A DNA stretch of 20,000 nucleotides. Source: Ancylonema sp. Taxonomy: Eukaryota. The first letter of the stretch is position 1. Each line of letters opens with the position of its first letter. Location: assembly GCA_050230475.1 (NCBI GenBank), contig JBFLGF010000200.1, positions 48,770 to 68,769 on the forward strand, read 5' to 3'. Below are positions 1 to 15,365 of this stretch, piece by piece. A program made the position numbers and the translations under genes. The notes beneath the pieces are model-generated. The model saw nothing but the letters and a program-made list of their open reading frames with translations. It was not told the origin of the DNA and did not search any database.

Positions 1-107
1 AGGCCCCGGAAGGAACAATCCTCCGGACTGGGCAGGAGTCAATACACCGGGTCCTCCCAGCACACCTTCAGACAGGATCTTCTCACCACCAAGCGTGACC
101 AACCCCT

Positions 108-1980
108 CTACCCCAGTAACCTGGTTGGACACATCCCCCCCTTGCCCCACACCATCCGGGGTGACTTCCATGCATATCTTGTGGGGTCGACACCCACTAA
201 CTCCAACCTTCTCTTCAATGCGCAGGAGAGATAATAAATATTCAGCTACAAGCGAAAGAAAGGGGAGGAAAATGAACAAGCTTGGTTACCATTAAGTTCC
301 CATTAAAATGTTTTTCTTCAAAATAAAAAACCGGCTGATCGGAGAAGAGAACTTCGTCACAATCACGAGGGCATAAAAGCATCTCCAAGCAGCCGACCTT
401 AACACTGCAGTCTTTTTCGAATACATCTTGACGACGACCGATTTGAAGCACTTGCTCAACTAAGCAAATCTGTGAAGAGAAGATGGGAATTAAAAAGGTG
501 GGAAATAAATGCCAACTTCTACCACATTGAATTCAGCTTAAAGAACTCAAGCAGAAAAAACATAGCGGCATTGCTTGATACACAACCACATCTCTTGTCG
601 CATACAAAATCAGACCTGCGGGTGTGACCGACGCCCAATTTGACAGAGGTGGGTGGAACCCATGTTGGAGGAGTTTTTGAAAGGACGGATGGCCACATTA
701 ATAGCAGTCCCCCCATCCAACATAGTGACGTCTTTCCAAGTAATGTTGATGATTTCTTTTGAACGAGGACCACACACGAATGAAAGTATGAAGAGAATGG
801 AATCTCGGAGATCAACATCGATACAAAGGTCGAGTGAATTTAATAATGGAATTAAAACATCCAGCAAGAGTGACTTCTGTGTCTTGAAGGGGCGAAGCAC
901 CCCAGATGCTCTATTCCAATGCCTCTTGGATATCTCCATCACCTCACGCAAGCGTCCGATACGGGCTTCGGGTGGGCCTTCGCCCCCAACCACATCGGGA
1001 CGAACAATGGCCCATGCAAGGAGGGCCCATAAACACTGTGAATAATGTGGAATGGGGGTGGAGAGGGAGGGGGTCGGGGGGGGGGGGTTATTTCATACAA
1101 TTGTCTCCACTAATGTGACAGAAGGGACACAGTTCTCACCTTGATAGACGTATTGTATGACAAGCCAAGTTGCTCCCGTAGGTGTCCCAAGTATATGAAG
1201 ATGACGTCAGGATCGATGGCAGTCAACGATTTCCCGGACATCTCCAAAAATTGACAATAGGAGAAAAATGGCGCTAGTCCATCACGCAAAAAAATAACTG
1301 TGCAGGGGATAAACAATGTCATTAATTTATATCCGGTACCATACACATATTTGGGGCAAACTACTCTGCTCACCCTTATTCCGGGTTTTAATGACGTCAG
1401 AAGCGCCAATGGTAGCATCTAAAAATCGACGCAGATCCGGCAGATTCTCTGTCGCCCCCCCCTGTCTACCAACATCAGTTAACAACTTCACTGCATCGCC
1501 CTTCCAGTCCTTGGCCCTGCTAAAACGACGGCCACTTCGTTTCGAGCACGTCGGGTGTGGCTAGCAACAATAAGGAATAGAAAAAAGAAGGAAATTAAAA
1601 AAAAGTAACAAAATACGCAGGCTCGCATAAAATCCTTTCAATAACCGAACAAGGATCAAAACAATTTCAGGGGCGAAAACCAACCAAAACAAGCACAGCC
1701 TCCGAATGGGGGGGCAAGTTCTCATCTCCATCGACTGGCAAGCCAGAAGAGGCGGTACACAAGTTATGACCGACATTCGTCGGCAGCTCCCCCAACGGGT
1801 TGCGCAACTGAAGGGGGCGGGGGGGGCCAGTAGTCATGATCTCACATCTGCACACAATCCATCCAGATCCAGGGTTGGGATACAACGAGTAAAACAAGTA
1901 CAGTGCGAGTTGAACACGTACCCAACGTCTACAACATCGGGAATACCGGTTGGTATTGTGGACTCGGTGGTTGCAGGCAT
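108..1980 (-). CDS. Intron-containing tyrosine recombinase (Crypton/DIRS-like YR with N-terminal SAM-like core-binding domain); C-terminus unresolved, possibly decayed
   Basis: Hand-spliced exons 1980-1922, 1847-1685, 1560-1374, 1297-1140, 1035-616, 469-290 and 245-108. All introns are GT-AG and phase-compatible, giving about 434 aa. Motifs: core-binding-like KTRNK..FFSYCQF..IDPDVIFIYLGHLREQLGLSYNTSIK/CLWALLAW; box I LRDSILFILSFVCGPRSKEIINITWKDV (R codon 765-763); IRPFKN (K 678-676); HPQ/ICLV (CPV-like); LKRRLELVGVDPTRYAWKSPR (HxxR position, 167-156). The first two exons are less certain, and no catalytic Tyr occurs before the stop at 110-108. Confidence 0.8.
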
Positions 1981-2182
1981 AGAATTCGGCAACAAAACAA
2001 TACGACCTTCAAAAAAAAGGAGAAAACGTGTCGCAACAATCGGATGAGAAACAATATGTCCTACAGGATTCCCAGATTCGTGTGCTATCAACCACAATAA
2101 TGTAACTAGAAAAAGGAACGGTCAATAACAACACATCATTTTTTGGTGCTTGAGTTACAGCAGCCAAGAGGGTATACGGTTC

Positions 2183-3247
2183 ATAATCGCCTAAATCCTC
2201 TGGTACACAGGCTGGTACTTGTGGTCCATCTGCAAATATATTTATCGTATAAATACAATGAGAAAAATCTAGCAAGGCAAAACGAGATTCATGGATCTTT
2301 TTGGTAAGTCGGACCATTCCTGAACACGGTAGGAGGGGTAACATACCATGATTCTCCGGTGACACAGGTGAAGGAGGGACTGTGAGTGCCTTCACCGATT
2401 GGATAGGTCGATTCGGTAATGAGTGAGGCCAATTCAGGGAGTGAAGACCGATAATAAGGCGGAGGAAATTAATACCATCGTAAGTGGAACAAAACAAATC
2501 GTATTTCTTCCGTTTTATGGAATCACGTTACAAATCCGAGGCCGGATAATGTAGGTATTGATTACTAGTATAATGGACCAGCACAATACAAACAGTTTAT
2601 AACTCGTTGGAAGACAGACAACGAGGCATTCGAGCTCCAAATAATTTAGTAGTTTGCTGTAATACATACCTGCCTCTCATTTTATTGAATCTCGTTAGAT
2701 GTCCGAGGCCGGATTATATACGTACTGGTTACTTGCATACTAAACCAGTGTCATACCATGGTGTGTCCCGGACAGAGAATGTCGCAAACCGGCGATAGGC
2801 CACCACAAGTCCGACAAGCTACGGAATGCAGATTTCTAAAAATATGGGAATCAAAGCTGTAACGGGAACGCAGATCGAAGGAGGTATACACCAGGAAAGG
2901 GTGGTCATGCTAGCCTAAGAGGACACTAACAGGGAGAATCCTGGCATTAATTCTTCCGAGGAATCTGCATGTTTTGACAAATTTGCGAGCAATGAATCTT
3001 GGCGACGACTGACACTATTTGGTGCGCTGGACAAGGAATACACGGCACGTAGGACCATACAACGAATACATTATAACACGGTAAATGTGATATGTACACG
3101 ATACAACGTCTGGACACATGGACGTCGACGTCAACAGACGTACCCGTACATTGGCAGGTCGTCAAATAAAATAATAATACATCATTCTGAACCGGTTAAT
3201 TTAAAACTTGGAAATAAACCGACAATATTCCGACAATATTCCCATAT
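2183..3247 (+). repeat. Dispersed repeat, copy A (~1.05 kb)
   Basis: Colinear with 13436-14482, for example ATAATCGCCTAAATCCTCT, GGTGAAGGAGGGACTGTGAGTGCCTTCACC, GACAAATTTGCGAGCAATGAATCT and TTCTGAACCGGTTAATTTAAAACTTGGAAATAA. Roughly 80-85% identical by eye. Confidence 0.95.
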
Positions 3248-3925
3248 ATGGAGTGGATGTTGCACCTCTCTGCAGCTGCAACGTGTTACACGAAGTTGGC
3301 AACTGTGGCAGGATTGGCCCGTTCCCGCTGGATACCCATTGAACAGAAAGAAAATTGACTGCCCGCAACTTTTGAGCCAAAAGTCACCCTTGAGATGGGT
3401 CCCACCGGAAGTATTGAACAGCCATTATGGTAGCTGGACATGCAGCTGTTTAATCAGGCTGGAAGAGCTGGATACTGAGGATGGAAATGGGGATAAGGGC
3501 TGTGGCTTTGGCGAACCCGACAAGATTTGCATATCAAATCCGTGGCTTCGGATAACCGTGCAAAACATGATGGACAAAACCTGGGGCGCAGAATAAATCG
3601 GACTCCTAAACTCTAAACCTCCGACAGAAAACACCTCCAAGTGCTCCAAATCTGTCCGAAATCCTGCGCGTTCCGCAATCGTGTCCGCAGCTGCAGAAGG
3701 GTAGCTAGTGCAGATTTCAGAGAGCAGTCAGGCAACTAACTTTAGAGTCAACCTTGCCACTTGTCTCATGGTCAGTTTACACACGGTCGCCCGAGGATCA
3801 AGTCGCGTGCCTGTTAGCGCCAGCAACGGATAGCAAACGAAAGACAGAGCACTCTGTTGTCCTTGAGGCAGCTGAAGAGACAGCGATTGCGAGCATCTTG
3901 TCGCTGTCGTGACTTCGGAGAGACT

Positions 3926-6900
3926 ATGGGGCTCCCCGAGCGTCGTGCGCATGACGCCCTGGCCACCCTGGACGACTTGTTAGTTTTGCACATTCTACAG
4001 CGCATTTGCAATGGCCAGGATTTGGCTTCTCTTTCCCGTGCTAACAGACGCCTACGCTGTCTAGTAGCTCGTGTCAATCATCTCTCGTTTGAGCATAGAT
4101 CCTGTCATGGTGCTCTATCTCCGCTCTCCTTTCAGAGTCTTGTGAAGAGTATGGTGAAGAGGACAGTGAGGCTGGAATATCTCTCCGTGCAATTTGATGC
4201 GCGAGGGCCTAGCTCGGCATTTTTCTTGGATGGGACAGGTGCGTGACCTTAACGTTAAGAATGAAGTCGAGAAATCAGGACTTCGTGAGATGAAATGTCA
4301 TTATCAGTCACCAAAGATTGGACAATCTTGTGAATCAATTCACCAGTCATCTATTGTGGACATTTTGTGGTTCGAGTCTATTTTCTTAGACTGTGTCTGG
4401 GTTGCTGCCTTTAGTGTTGCCAATGAAAAGGATGCAAAGCGAACTATTTTGTGGAGTCGGCAATGATTCGGAGGCGCAGGTTGCCTAATCTGCTCAGTAA
4501 CTGTGGAAATGCAGAGGTGGGGATAGAAAAACTGCACACTCTAGCGACAAGTGGGCGATCGGATCGAACACAGCCTTGCTTTAATGGCCCTCTGGTCGAC
4601 ATTCTTCAGTGCCCGCACCTACAGCTTCTAGAGGTCTGCTCCATATCTGGATAATTACTGTTTTTGTCGCAAGGACCGCTGGGATGTCACTTCAGATAGT
4701 TGATAGCAGGACTCTTTCCAGCCCTGCCTGGGGTGATCAAATGGCACAGGGCTGAGTCTGGCAAAGCTGCGGTTCATCTGTGTTGACAATCGCCATTTTT
4801 ACGTGGTATCAGGAAGTGACACCTGTCGTTTCGATCTCCTTGCAGCTACACGTGTTCGATCTGTCTTCTATCACCAAATTGCCTTGTCCACCACCTGCAT
4901 TTTTTTTTTGATAGCAGATGCATTAAGTCATGTAATTTCTGCTGATGACAACGTTTCACTTGCAGCTTCATAGTCTATGGCTGTCCTCAGCGCCTCTAGT
5001 AGGCCCCAAGCTTTCCTGTTTGAGGACTCTCCATCTCTCGCAAGTAGAGCTCTGCGATGACTCCCTTGAAGACATCCTCTCGCTCTGCCCCAACCTCCAG
5101 GTCAGCATGTCAACCCTATCTCCCGAATCACCCACGCTACCCCTTCTTTTCCGAGGCCGAGTCAAAGGTACAATGGAAGATGACGTGAAAACTAAAGTAA
5201 AGCAAAACCGAGAACTTTTGAAGAAAATTACGTAATCACGAGAACGGTTGCGATGCATGATTCAGGGTCCTGCTTACGACAAACACATTGCTGACGCATG
5301 TCTGTGGGGTGGTATGTGAGCAGACGCTGAATCTGGAAGCAGTCACTGGGTTGGATTTCCCGCACATTTGTGGTGCCAGTCTTTGTGACCTCTCCGTGGT
5401 CCTGCCTACTCTCGCTGACGGGCTCTATGTCACTGCGCCACAGCTGAAGCGCCTCTGCGTCAGGTATGTCGACAGCTCCATCTTCGAAGTACATCATCGG
5501 CAGCCTGCTCCACGTTGAGCAGCAACAGGCGTGCACATGCCATGCTGTGGTTCATCATGTATAGAGCCGTTTTGTATATCTCAAAATAAGGTAATGAAGC
5601 ACAAAAAACGGAAAGAAGTCAACAAAATCAAATAAAGCGGAAGAGAGTGGCCATGGCAGGGGCATGAGATGCAGTCATTGAAGGGGGAGTGTTAGACAAT
5701 GTAGAAATGAAAGAAATGTAGAAAAATGAGGGCGACTTTTGAAACCAGAATTTGTTGCTGCTGGCGCTGAGACTTGATGTTTGTGCCCTGCAGTGGTGTG
5801 GCTGAGATAGAGTTGATCGAGGCCGCCGATTTGGAGATTCTCCACGTGAGAAGTCACTTGGAGGATCTGCGAGGATCTTTGTCTCTTGTGGAAGAGGTTC
5901 GGTTGGACGGCTCTGATTGGCTGTGGGAGTCAGTGGAGGCTGTGCTGTCGCCCATAGAGAGCCTGCGCCGTCTCATGCTCGATGTCAGGTCGGTGTCTTG
6001 GACCATCCATGACTCATGGGGGGAGTGGAAGTGGTGGAAGGGGTCAATTTCTTGGAACAAACTGGTCTTTGAAGACGGATTTGTGTGGGACCCACCCCTC
6101 TCTTGCATTCTCTTTTAACCAACTGATCAGGGGAGGTTGTAGAGAAAGAGGCAGTGGTTTCTTTTCGGGAGTCGATCCATGGATGGGCTAAGTGATGGGT
6201 CGGAGTGTATCAAGAACGAGTTTTCATCCTCTCTTTCTCGCTCCTCCAGGTTGAGAGATGGAGCGAAGCTGGAGCTGCAGAGCCTGAGTGACAGCTGTCA
6301 GCGAGCACAGGAGCTGGTGCTCACAGCTTCCTTCCTGCAACAAGTGCAGGTAGAGTGGGGGGATTGAAGTATCTCTTGTCCTCCGTGCCCCGGTCTTAAG
6401 CGGAACCCCCTCCTGATCAGTGGACACAGCGCCAAACTATTCTCAGTTTCCGTCTTTCTGTCACCGGATTACTCTGTCACCAGAACATTCCAATATTCGG
6501 TCAATAGATATGTGCGTCAAACAGTCGTCCCACCCTTTTGTACCCTCTCTGCACTCGGGCTCCAGGAGCAGTGCTGGCAGTGCAGTGTCGTGAAACTACG
6601 ATTCAATACAAGGTCACAAGAATCATCCACGCTTCACTTTCTTCATTTCCTTACTCTCCTGTACTCCACGACAAAAAAAGGGTGCCAAAAAAAAGGGTTT
6701 TTGCTGTCGTCTGAGAGGGCAACCAGACTGGGACCGCTCCACTTCTCAGAATGTAAAACATGCTTTGCATCCACTCGCTACCTGTCCATCCATGGTTCAT
6801 CCGCCCTCTGTTAGCCCTAGATGTCGCATTCCACAAACTTAACACCTGCCTCTTGTCCCGTTGACCGATTGACTTATTGACTTATTGACTCATTGACTCA

Positions 6901-7561
6901 TTGACTCATTGACTTATTGACTCATTGACTCAGTGACTTATTGACTCATTGACTCATTGACTTATTGACTGATGGACTTAGTGACTTATTGACTCATTGA
7001 CTCATTGACTTATTGACTTATTGACCTATTGTTTTATGCAGAGTGAGTTCGAGGAGGTGTCGAGCTGCATGGAGGTGTCCATGGGGTCTCTCCTGTTGTC
7101 AGAGTACGAGGAGGATGAGGCGCCTGTGATGAGGCATCTGAAAGAACTCACTCTCACTTGGGATTCCAGCAGCGCAGCCACTTGGGATGTACTGATTCAG
7201 CTGCTCAATAAGGCCCCAAATCTGGCCTCCGTCCAGGTACAGCTCGCCTCAGAGGATGTGAGGCGCTGCGTGTGTCGTTTATTTTTTATTATTGGAGGAG
7301 GAATGGAGTGAAGCCATTCACTTGCTGGCGGTTTCAGTGGGGATGGAGAGAGTGGGCAAAAGATGCGGTAGATGACTGCATTTTGTGTCGTCTCAGTAGA
7401 CAGAATGGTGGATGACCCTAACTTTTTTTAAATGGCTGCAGGTGGTTGCCCTGCAGAGGTCCCTAGGACCTGATGTGGACGCAGGAGGTCTGGCAGCGAT
7501 TCTCTCAGAGTTATGCTCCGGACAAGGCCTCAAATGGTCTCTACACGTCGTTCAGATATGA
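3926..7561 (+). CDS. F-box/LRR-repeat (FBD-like) protein, about 438 aa
   Basis: Exons 3926-4238, 4515-4633, 4966-5100, 5324-5463, 5794-5988, 6250-6349, 7042-7236 and 7442-7561, all phase-consistent GT-AG. F-box LATLDDLLVLHILQRI..QDLASLSRANRRLR; LRRs LSCLRTLHLSQVELCDDSLEDILSLCPNLQTLNL and APQLKRL; FBD-like LIQLLNKAPNLASVQV. The exon 2 acceptor and the start codon are less sure. Confidence 0.85.
6861..7028 (+). repeat. Intronic tandem repeat, 21 x 8 bp, consensus TTGACTYA
   Basis: Read directly: 168 bp, perfect 8-bp phase with a few substitutions, ending about 12 nt before the acceptor AG at 7040-7041. Confidence 0.97.
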
Positions 7562-8594
7562 ACGCAACCATGATGACATGATGATGTATACTTATGATGA
7601 TATTTACTTATGATATGACATAAACTTATGATGATGTATATATATATACATACATCCAGAAAACATTGTTATGAAGGGTAGCAAATAGGCGTGGCGTTTT
7701 GGTAGTTTTGTCTCTAAAAGGGTCCCTGAAATTGGGGTGAATAATCAATTACTTACAGTAGGTATCAGAGTGCTCATGATAAGGGTACCAGTTGATTCAA
7801 AGGGGGTAGGAAAAAGGCATATGTATATATAGATATATGTACATGAGGTGTTATTTATATTAATTATTAGACTACCCTAGAAGCGCCCTGGGTGATTGTT
7901 CAAGCACCATGACCCTCACTATCTTCTGGCGCTTGATCCTGTGGCTGGTATATCGGACCTTCATCTATATGCGGAAAGCAAGAGAACGCGTCACAATCTG
8001 CATTGGATATCATGTGCTTTAACAGACAACCTAGTGCCGACTACACGTATGAAAGCAGCGTTTATTGTCGAAGTTGCATGAAACAGAGACACAGTTTTTA
8101 CTTGCTTAGATGCGCTGATTGCTTATGTTTTCTAGCTAGGGCAGGCACTTGCTATTTCTGGCGGTCACAGTCACAGAAGTGTGCATGTGGTTGATAAGGA
8201 TGTGGATAAAATACAGTAGACTCCTGGGAATGTGTAGAAAGTTGAAACTGATCCTAAAACGGATCCAGACACATTTTATACAGACACTCTGCCTCGATCA
8301 ATTGATTATGAAGATTTTGTTGCTGGGAGGTATTGATTTCGCATGTGGCTAGCCCTAATAGCGCTCACAATTACATACCGAGTCAAAAGGACACTACTCT
8401 TTAGCAAGCTGTTAGGTGCTGAGAAAAAAATCCACACCTCATATCAGCACCACATACAGCAAACATCGAACGTACATCATTTGTCATTACGGGAAAGGGA
8501 AGACATCACTCCCTTTCCGTGCACAGATAATGGCAGAATAGAAACGGAATGTGGGTCTCATCGCTGGTTGGTTTTCGGACACTTCGAGGAGCGG

Positions 8595-10405
<1,811 letters not shown>

Positions 10406-10733
10406 TCAAACACTCTGTTTCATTTTATTACGAAGATAAATTTCGTCATCAGCAGACACACTCAGCAATATCAATTTCGCACATGGCTAGCTCTAATAGC
10501 TCTCACAATTGCGTGCTGAGTTACAAAAGGGCACTAATATTCAGCATGCTGATAAGTGCTAAGAAAATATCCACACCTCGTACCAGCACCACATAAAGCA
10601 AACGTCGAACATACATCATTTATCATTACAGAACAGGAAAGATATCACTCCTTCCCTGCGCACAGGTGATGGCAGTAAAGAAACGGAATGTGGGTCTCAT
10701 CGCTGATTGGTTTTCGGACACCTCCGGAAGCGG

Positions 10734-12588
<1,855 letters not shown>

Positions 12589-12589
12589 N
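12589..12589. other. Assembly gap or ambiguity (single N)
   Basis: An n in the sequence. The sequence to its right does not continue the Rab6 first exon. Confidence 0.9.
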
Positions 12590-13435
12590 AACAAGGCAAG
12601 GTATCGCGTGAGTTCTGAACGTGAGTGTTTGAAACTATGATGTGTGTCATACTCTGAACTCTACCCTTGGCTCTACCATCGCCAAATCAATCGATATGCA
12701 GCTCGTAAGAATCTTAGTTAAAGATGTTATGGATGTTCTAGCCAAAATGCAGACAACGCAGTAAAAATGCTCAGTGTATGCAAGGAAAGCGTTGAATGCC
12801 TGTAAGGTCCCGAGCTGCAGCTAGGGCCAAGATCCGTTGGCACACTAACTTGTTATCTAGCAATTTCATGATTACGTCTTGACCAAGTATTCCGCACGCG
12901 TGTGACAAACGCAACTGCGTATCGCTATCGTTCTCAATCGACCTATACTGTGCATCGACAACACATTATCGACAGGTGCGCACGTGTGCGACATCACGCA
13001 CCGCCGCCTAAAGATCTGCCGGGTTTCCCGTTATTGCCCCTACAACATCTTCATACCCCAATATCGGGAAAGAACCTCCGCCATACTATCGCACGCTCTC
13101 AATTGCAATCGGCGGCGCAACTACCATTATGCGCACGATCATATACGGACCGACATTGTCAACTTCATATACATATATCACCACTTGCCTCATAATACAT
13201 TTATGTTTCCTTTCCACCCATAATTATATCGAAATAAGAAGAACACGACAGGTCTCCCTTCCTTCTCCGTTAAGCGTGTATGTAACGAAAATGCGGCGAC
13301 ACTCTCGGACACGTCTTGATCCTGTCGTTATATTGAGAAAAAAAAATGGAAAAAATATGGTGGCAAATTTTTTCAACATCTTTTTTTTTAATCAAAGAAA
13401 GAATCAAAGAGAGGGTTTATTATTGAATACAATAT

Positions 13436-14482
13436 ATAATCGCCTAAATCCTCTAATACACAGGCTGGTCCTTGTGGTCCATCTGCAAATATATCGTATA
13501 ATACAATGGGAAACATCTATTAAGGTATAACGAGTTTCGTGCATCTTTTTGGTATGTCGAACCATTCCTGTACACAGTAGGAGGGGTAACATACCAGGTA
13601 ACATACCATTCTCCGGTGCCACAGGTGAAGGAGGGACTGTGAGTGCCTTCACCCCTTGGATAAATCGATTCGATAATGAGTTAGGCCAATTGGGGGAGTG
13701 AAGACAGATAATAAGGCGGAGGAAATTAATACGATCGCAAGTAAAAAATCGTATTACTTCTCATTTTATGGAATCTCGTTACAATTCCGAGGCAGGATAA
13801 TGTACGTATTGATTACTAGTAAACTGAACCAGTACAAAACAAACATTTTATAACTCACTAGACAACAGACAACGAGGCATTCGAGCTCCAAAAATTTTAG
13901 GAGTAGTTTGCTGTAATACATACCTGCCTCTCATTTTAATGAATCTCTTTACAAGTCCGAGGCCGGATAATATGCGTATTGATTACTAGTATACTGAACC
14001 AGTGTAATACCATGGTGTGTCTCGGACATAGAATGTCGCAAACTGGCGATAGGGCAACACAAATCCGACAAGCTACGGAATGCAGATTTCTAACAATATG
14101 GAAAGCAATGCTGTAAAGAGAACGCAGATCGAGGGAGGTATACACCATGAAAAGGTGGTCATGGTAGCATAAGAGGACACTAACAGGGAGAATCCCAGCA
14201 TTAATCTTCTGCCGAGGAATCTGCATATTTGACAAATTTGCGAGCAATGAATCTCGGCGACGACTGACACTATTTGCTGCGCTAGACCTGGAGTTCACGG
14301 CACGTAGGACCATACACCGAATAAATTATAACACGGTAAATGTGGTATGTACACGATACAACGTCTCGACACAGTGACGTCAACAACCGTACCCGTACAA
14401 TGGCAGGTCACCCAAACGTAAAATAAATAATTCTGAACCGGTTAATTTAAAACTTGGAAATAACCCGACAATATGCCCATAT
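13436..14482 (-). mobile_element. Dispersed repeat, copy B; probable non-autonomous or deleted relative of the YR element
   Basis: Same orientation and same right boundary as 2183-3247, but no YR exons to its left. The true left end is not determined (perhaps ~12900-13060). Confidence 0.65.
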
Positions 14483-15365
14483 CAGGATTACCACTTGCCA
14501 CTTGCGGCAACGGAAACGAAACGTCCGACGACCGACGACAGACGACGATCGTCAGTCCTTTACACGTGTCGAAATGGCGTTGTAGGCACGCTCCGACGGA
14601 CCCATTGGTCTCTGGTGATACGGTTGACTTTCCACAGGAAAGCAACAGGCTTCTAGTCACATGAATCACAGCAATACCATCTTGCCACGTCACCCTCAAA
14701 AGCGCCAGAAATGTTTAATTGGCGCAAAAGAGGCAGTCATGTCAAAAATGTGTCAGATGTTGCGTGCGATCTCGGCTATACCGAGAAAAAAATCACCTGC
14801 CACGTGTAGGCGCACTATATCAAAGACACAGCCCCCTTTCACTGTTATTTCACTGCGTCTGACTGACGATTATCTCAAAGCAGAGAACACCAGTCGAAGT
14901 AGGTACTGCCATCGAAGACGATTAAACAAACAAGGTTTGGGCAGATCAGTTTTTTTCAACCATGGGTGGCGGGAGACTGGCTGTGGGGCCGACGCAGGCT
15001 TCTCGGTCGCCTGAGGTGAACCGTCAACTCGGGGTGCTTCAGAATATTTAGTTCGATTCTATGTCGAATTAGCACGACAACGCTGGCACTCGTCCGGAAG
15101 TCCTACACAGAGCAAACATGATAATAACTCGACCTTGAATGTGAACATGTCCTTTGAGAACGAACCTGAATTATACCTACAGATCTTGTGTGGAACCTGA
15201 ACTTCCCAGCCCTTACCATTGCAGGTGCCGCGTTTGACGACCACATTACGAACTTTTTCCCACCAGAAGTTTGACGCGGATTCGCAGTTGCTACTCCGGA
15301 AAAAGGCTCTGGCGAAATCCCGTCAAAATAAGTACGTCAAAATTCCTTTGCCTTGATCCTGCAGT

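Larger units (their letters stand above)
1..3247 (-). mobile_element. Putative YR-encoding (Crypton-like) element; one end near 3247, the other beyond the left edge
   Basis: The YR gene reads inward from a ~1.05 kb repeated terminal region. Homology with the second copy stops abruptly at ...AAAACTTGGAAATAAHCCGACAATATNCCCATAT. No RT or RNaseH is visible within the window. Confidence 0.55.

Noticed and set aside
156..770. C-to-U RNA editing restoring Leu at GPR and SPR
   Set aside because: Plant C-to-U editing is organellar and this gene has spliceosomal introns, so mutation or family-specific Pro is simpler.
653..1045. Plus-strand ORFs over the recombinase region
   Set aside because: Antisense shadows of YR exons.
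3087..3596. 169 aa plus-strand ORF
   Set aside because: Crosses the repeat boundary, has a non-ATG start, and shows no recognisable domain.
6861..7028. CRISPR-like array
   Set aside because: Contiguous 8-mers with no spacers, in a eukaryotic intron.
7565..7650. ATGATG/ACTTATGAT low-complexity run after the F-box stop
   Set aside because: Short degenerate simple repeat with no further structure.
14560..14810. G-box/ABRE-like motifs (ACACGTGTC, GCCACGTC, GCCACGTGT)
   Set aside because: Short motifs more than 1 kb from any identified gene start; cannot be distinguished from chance.
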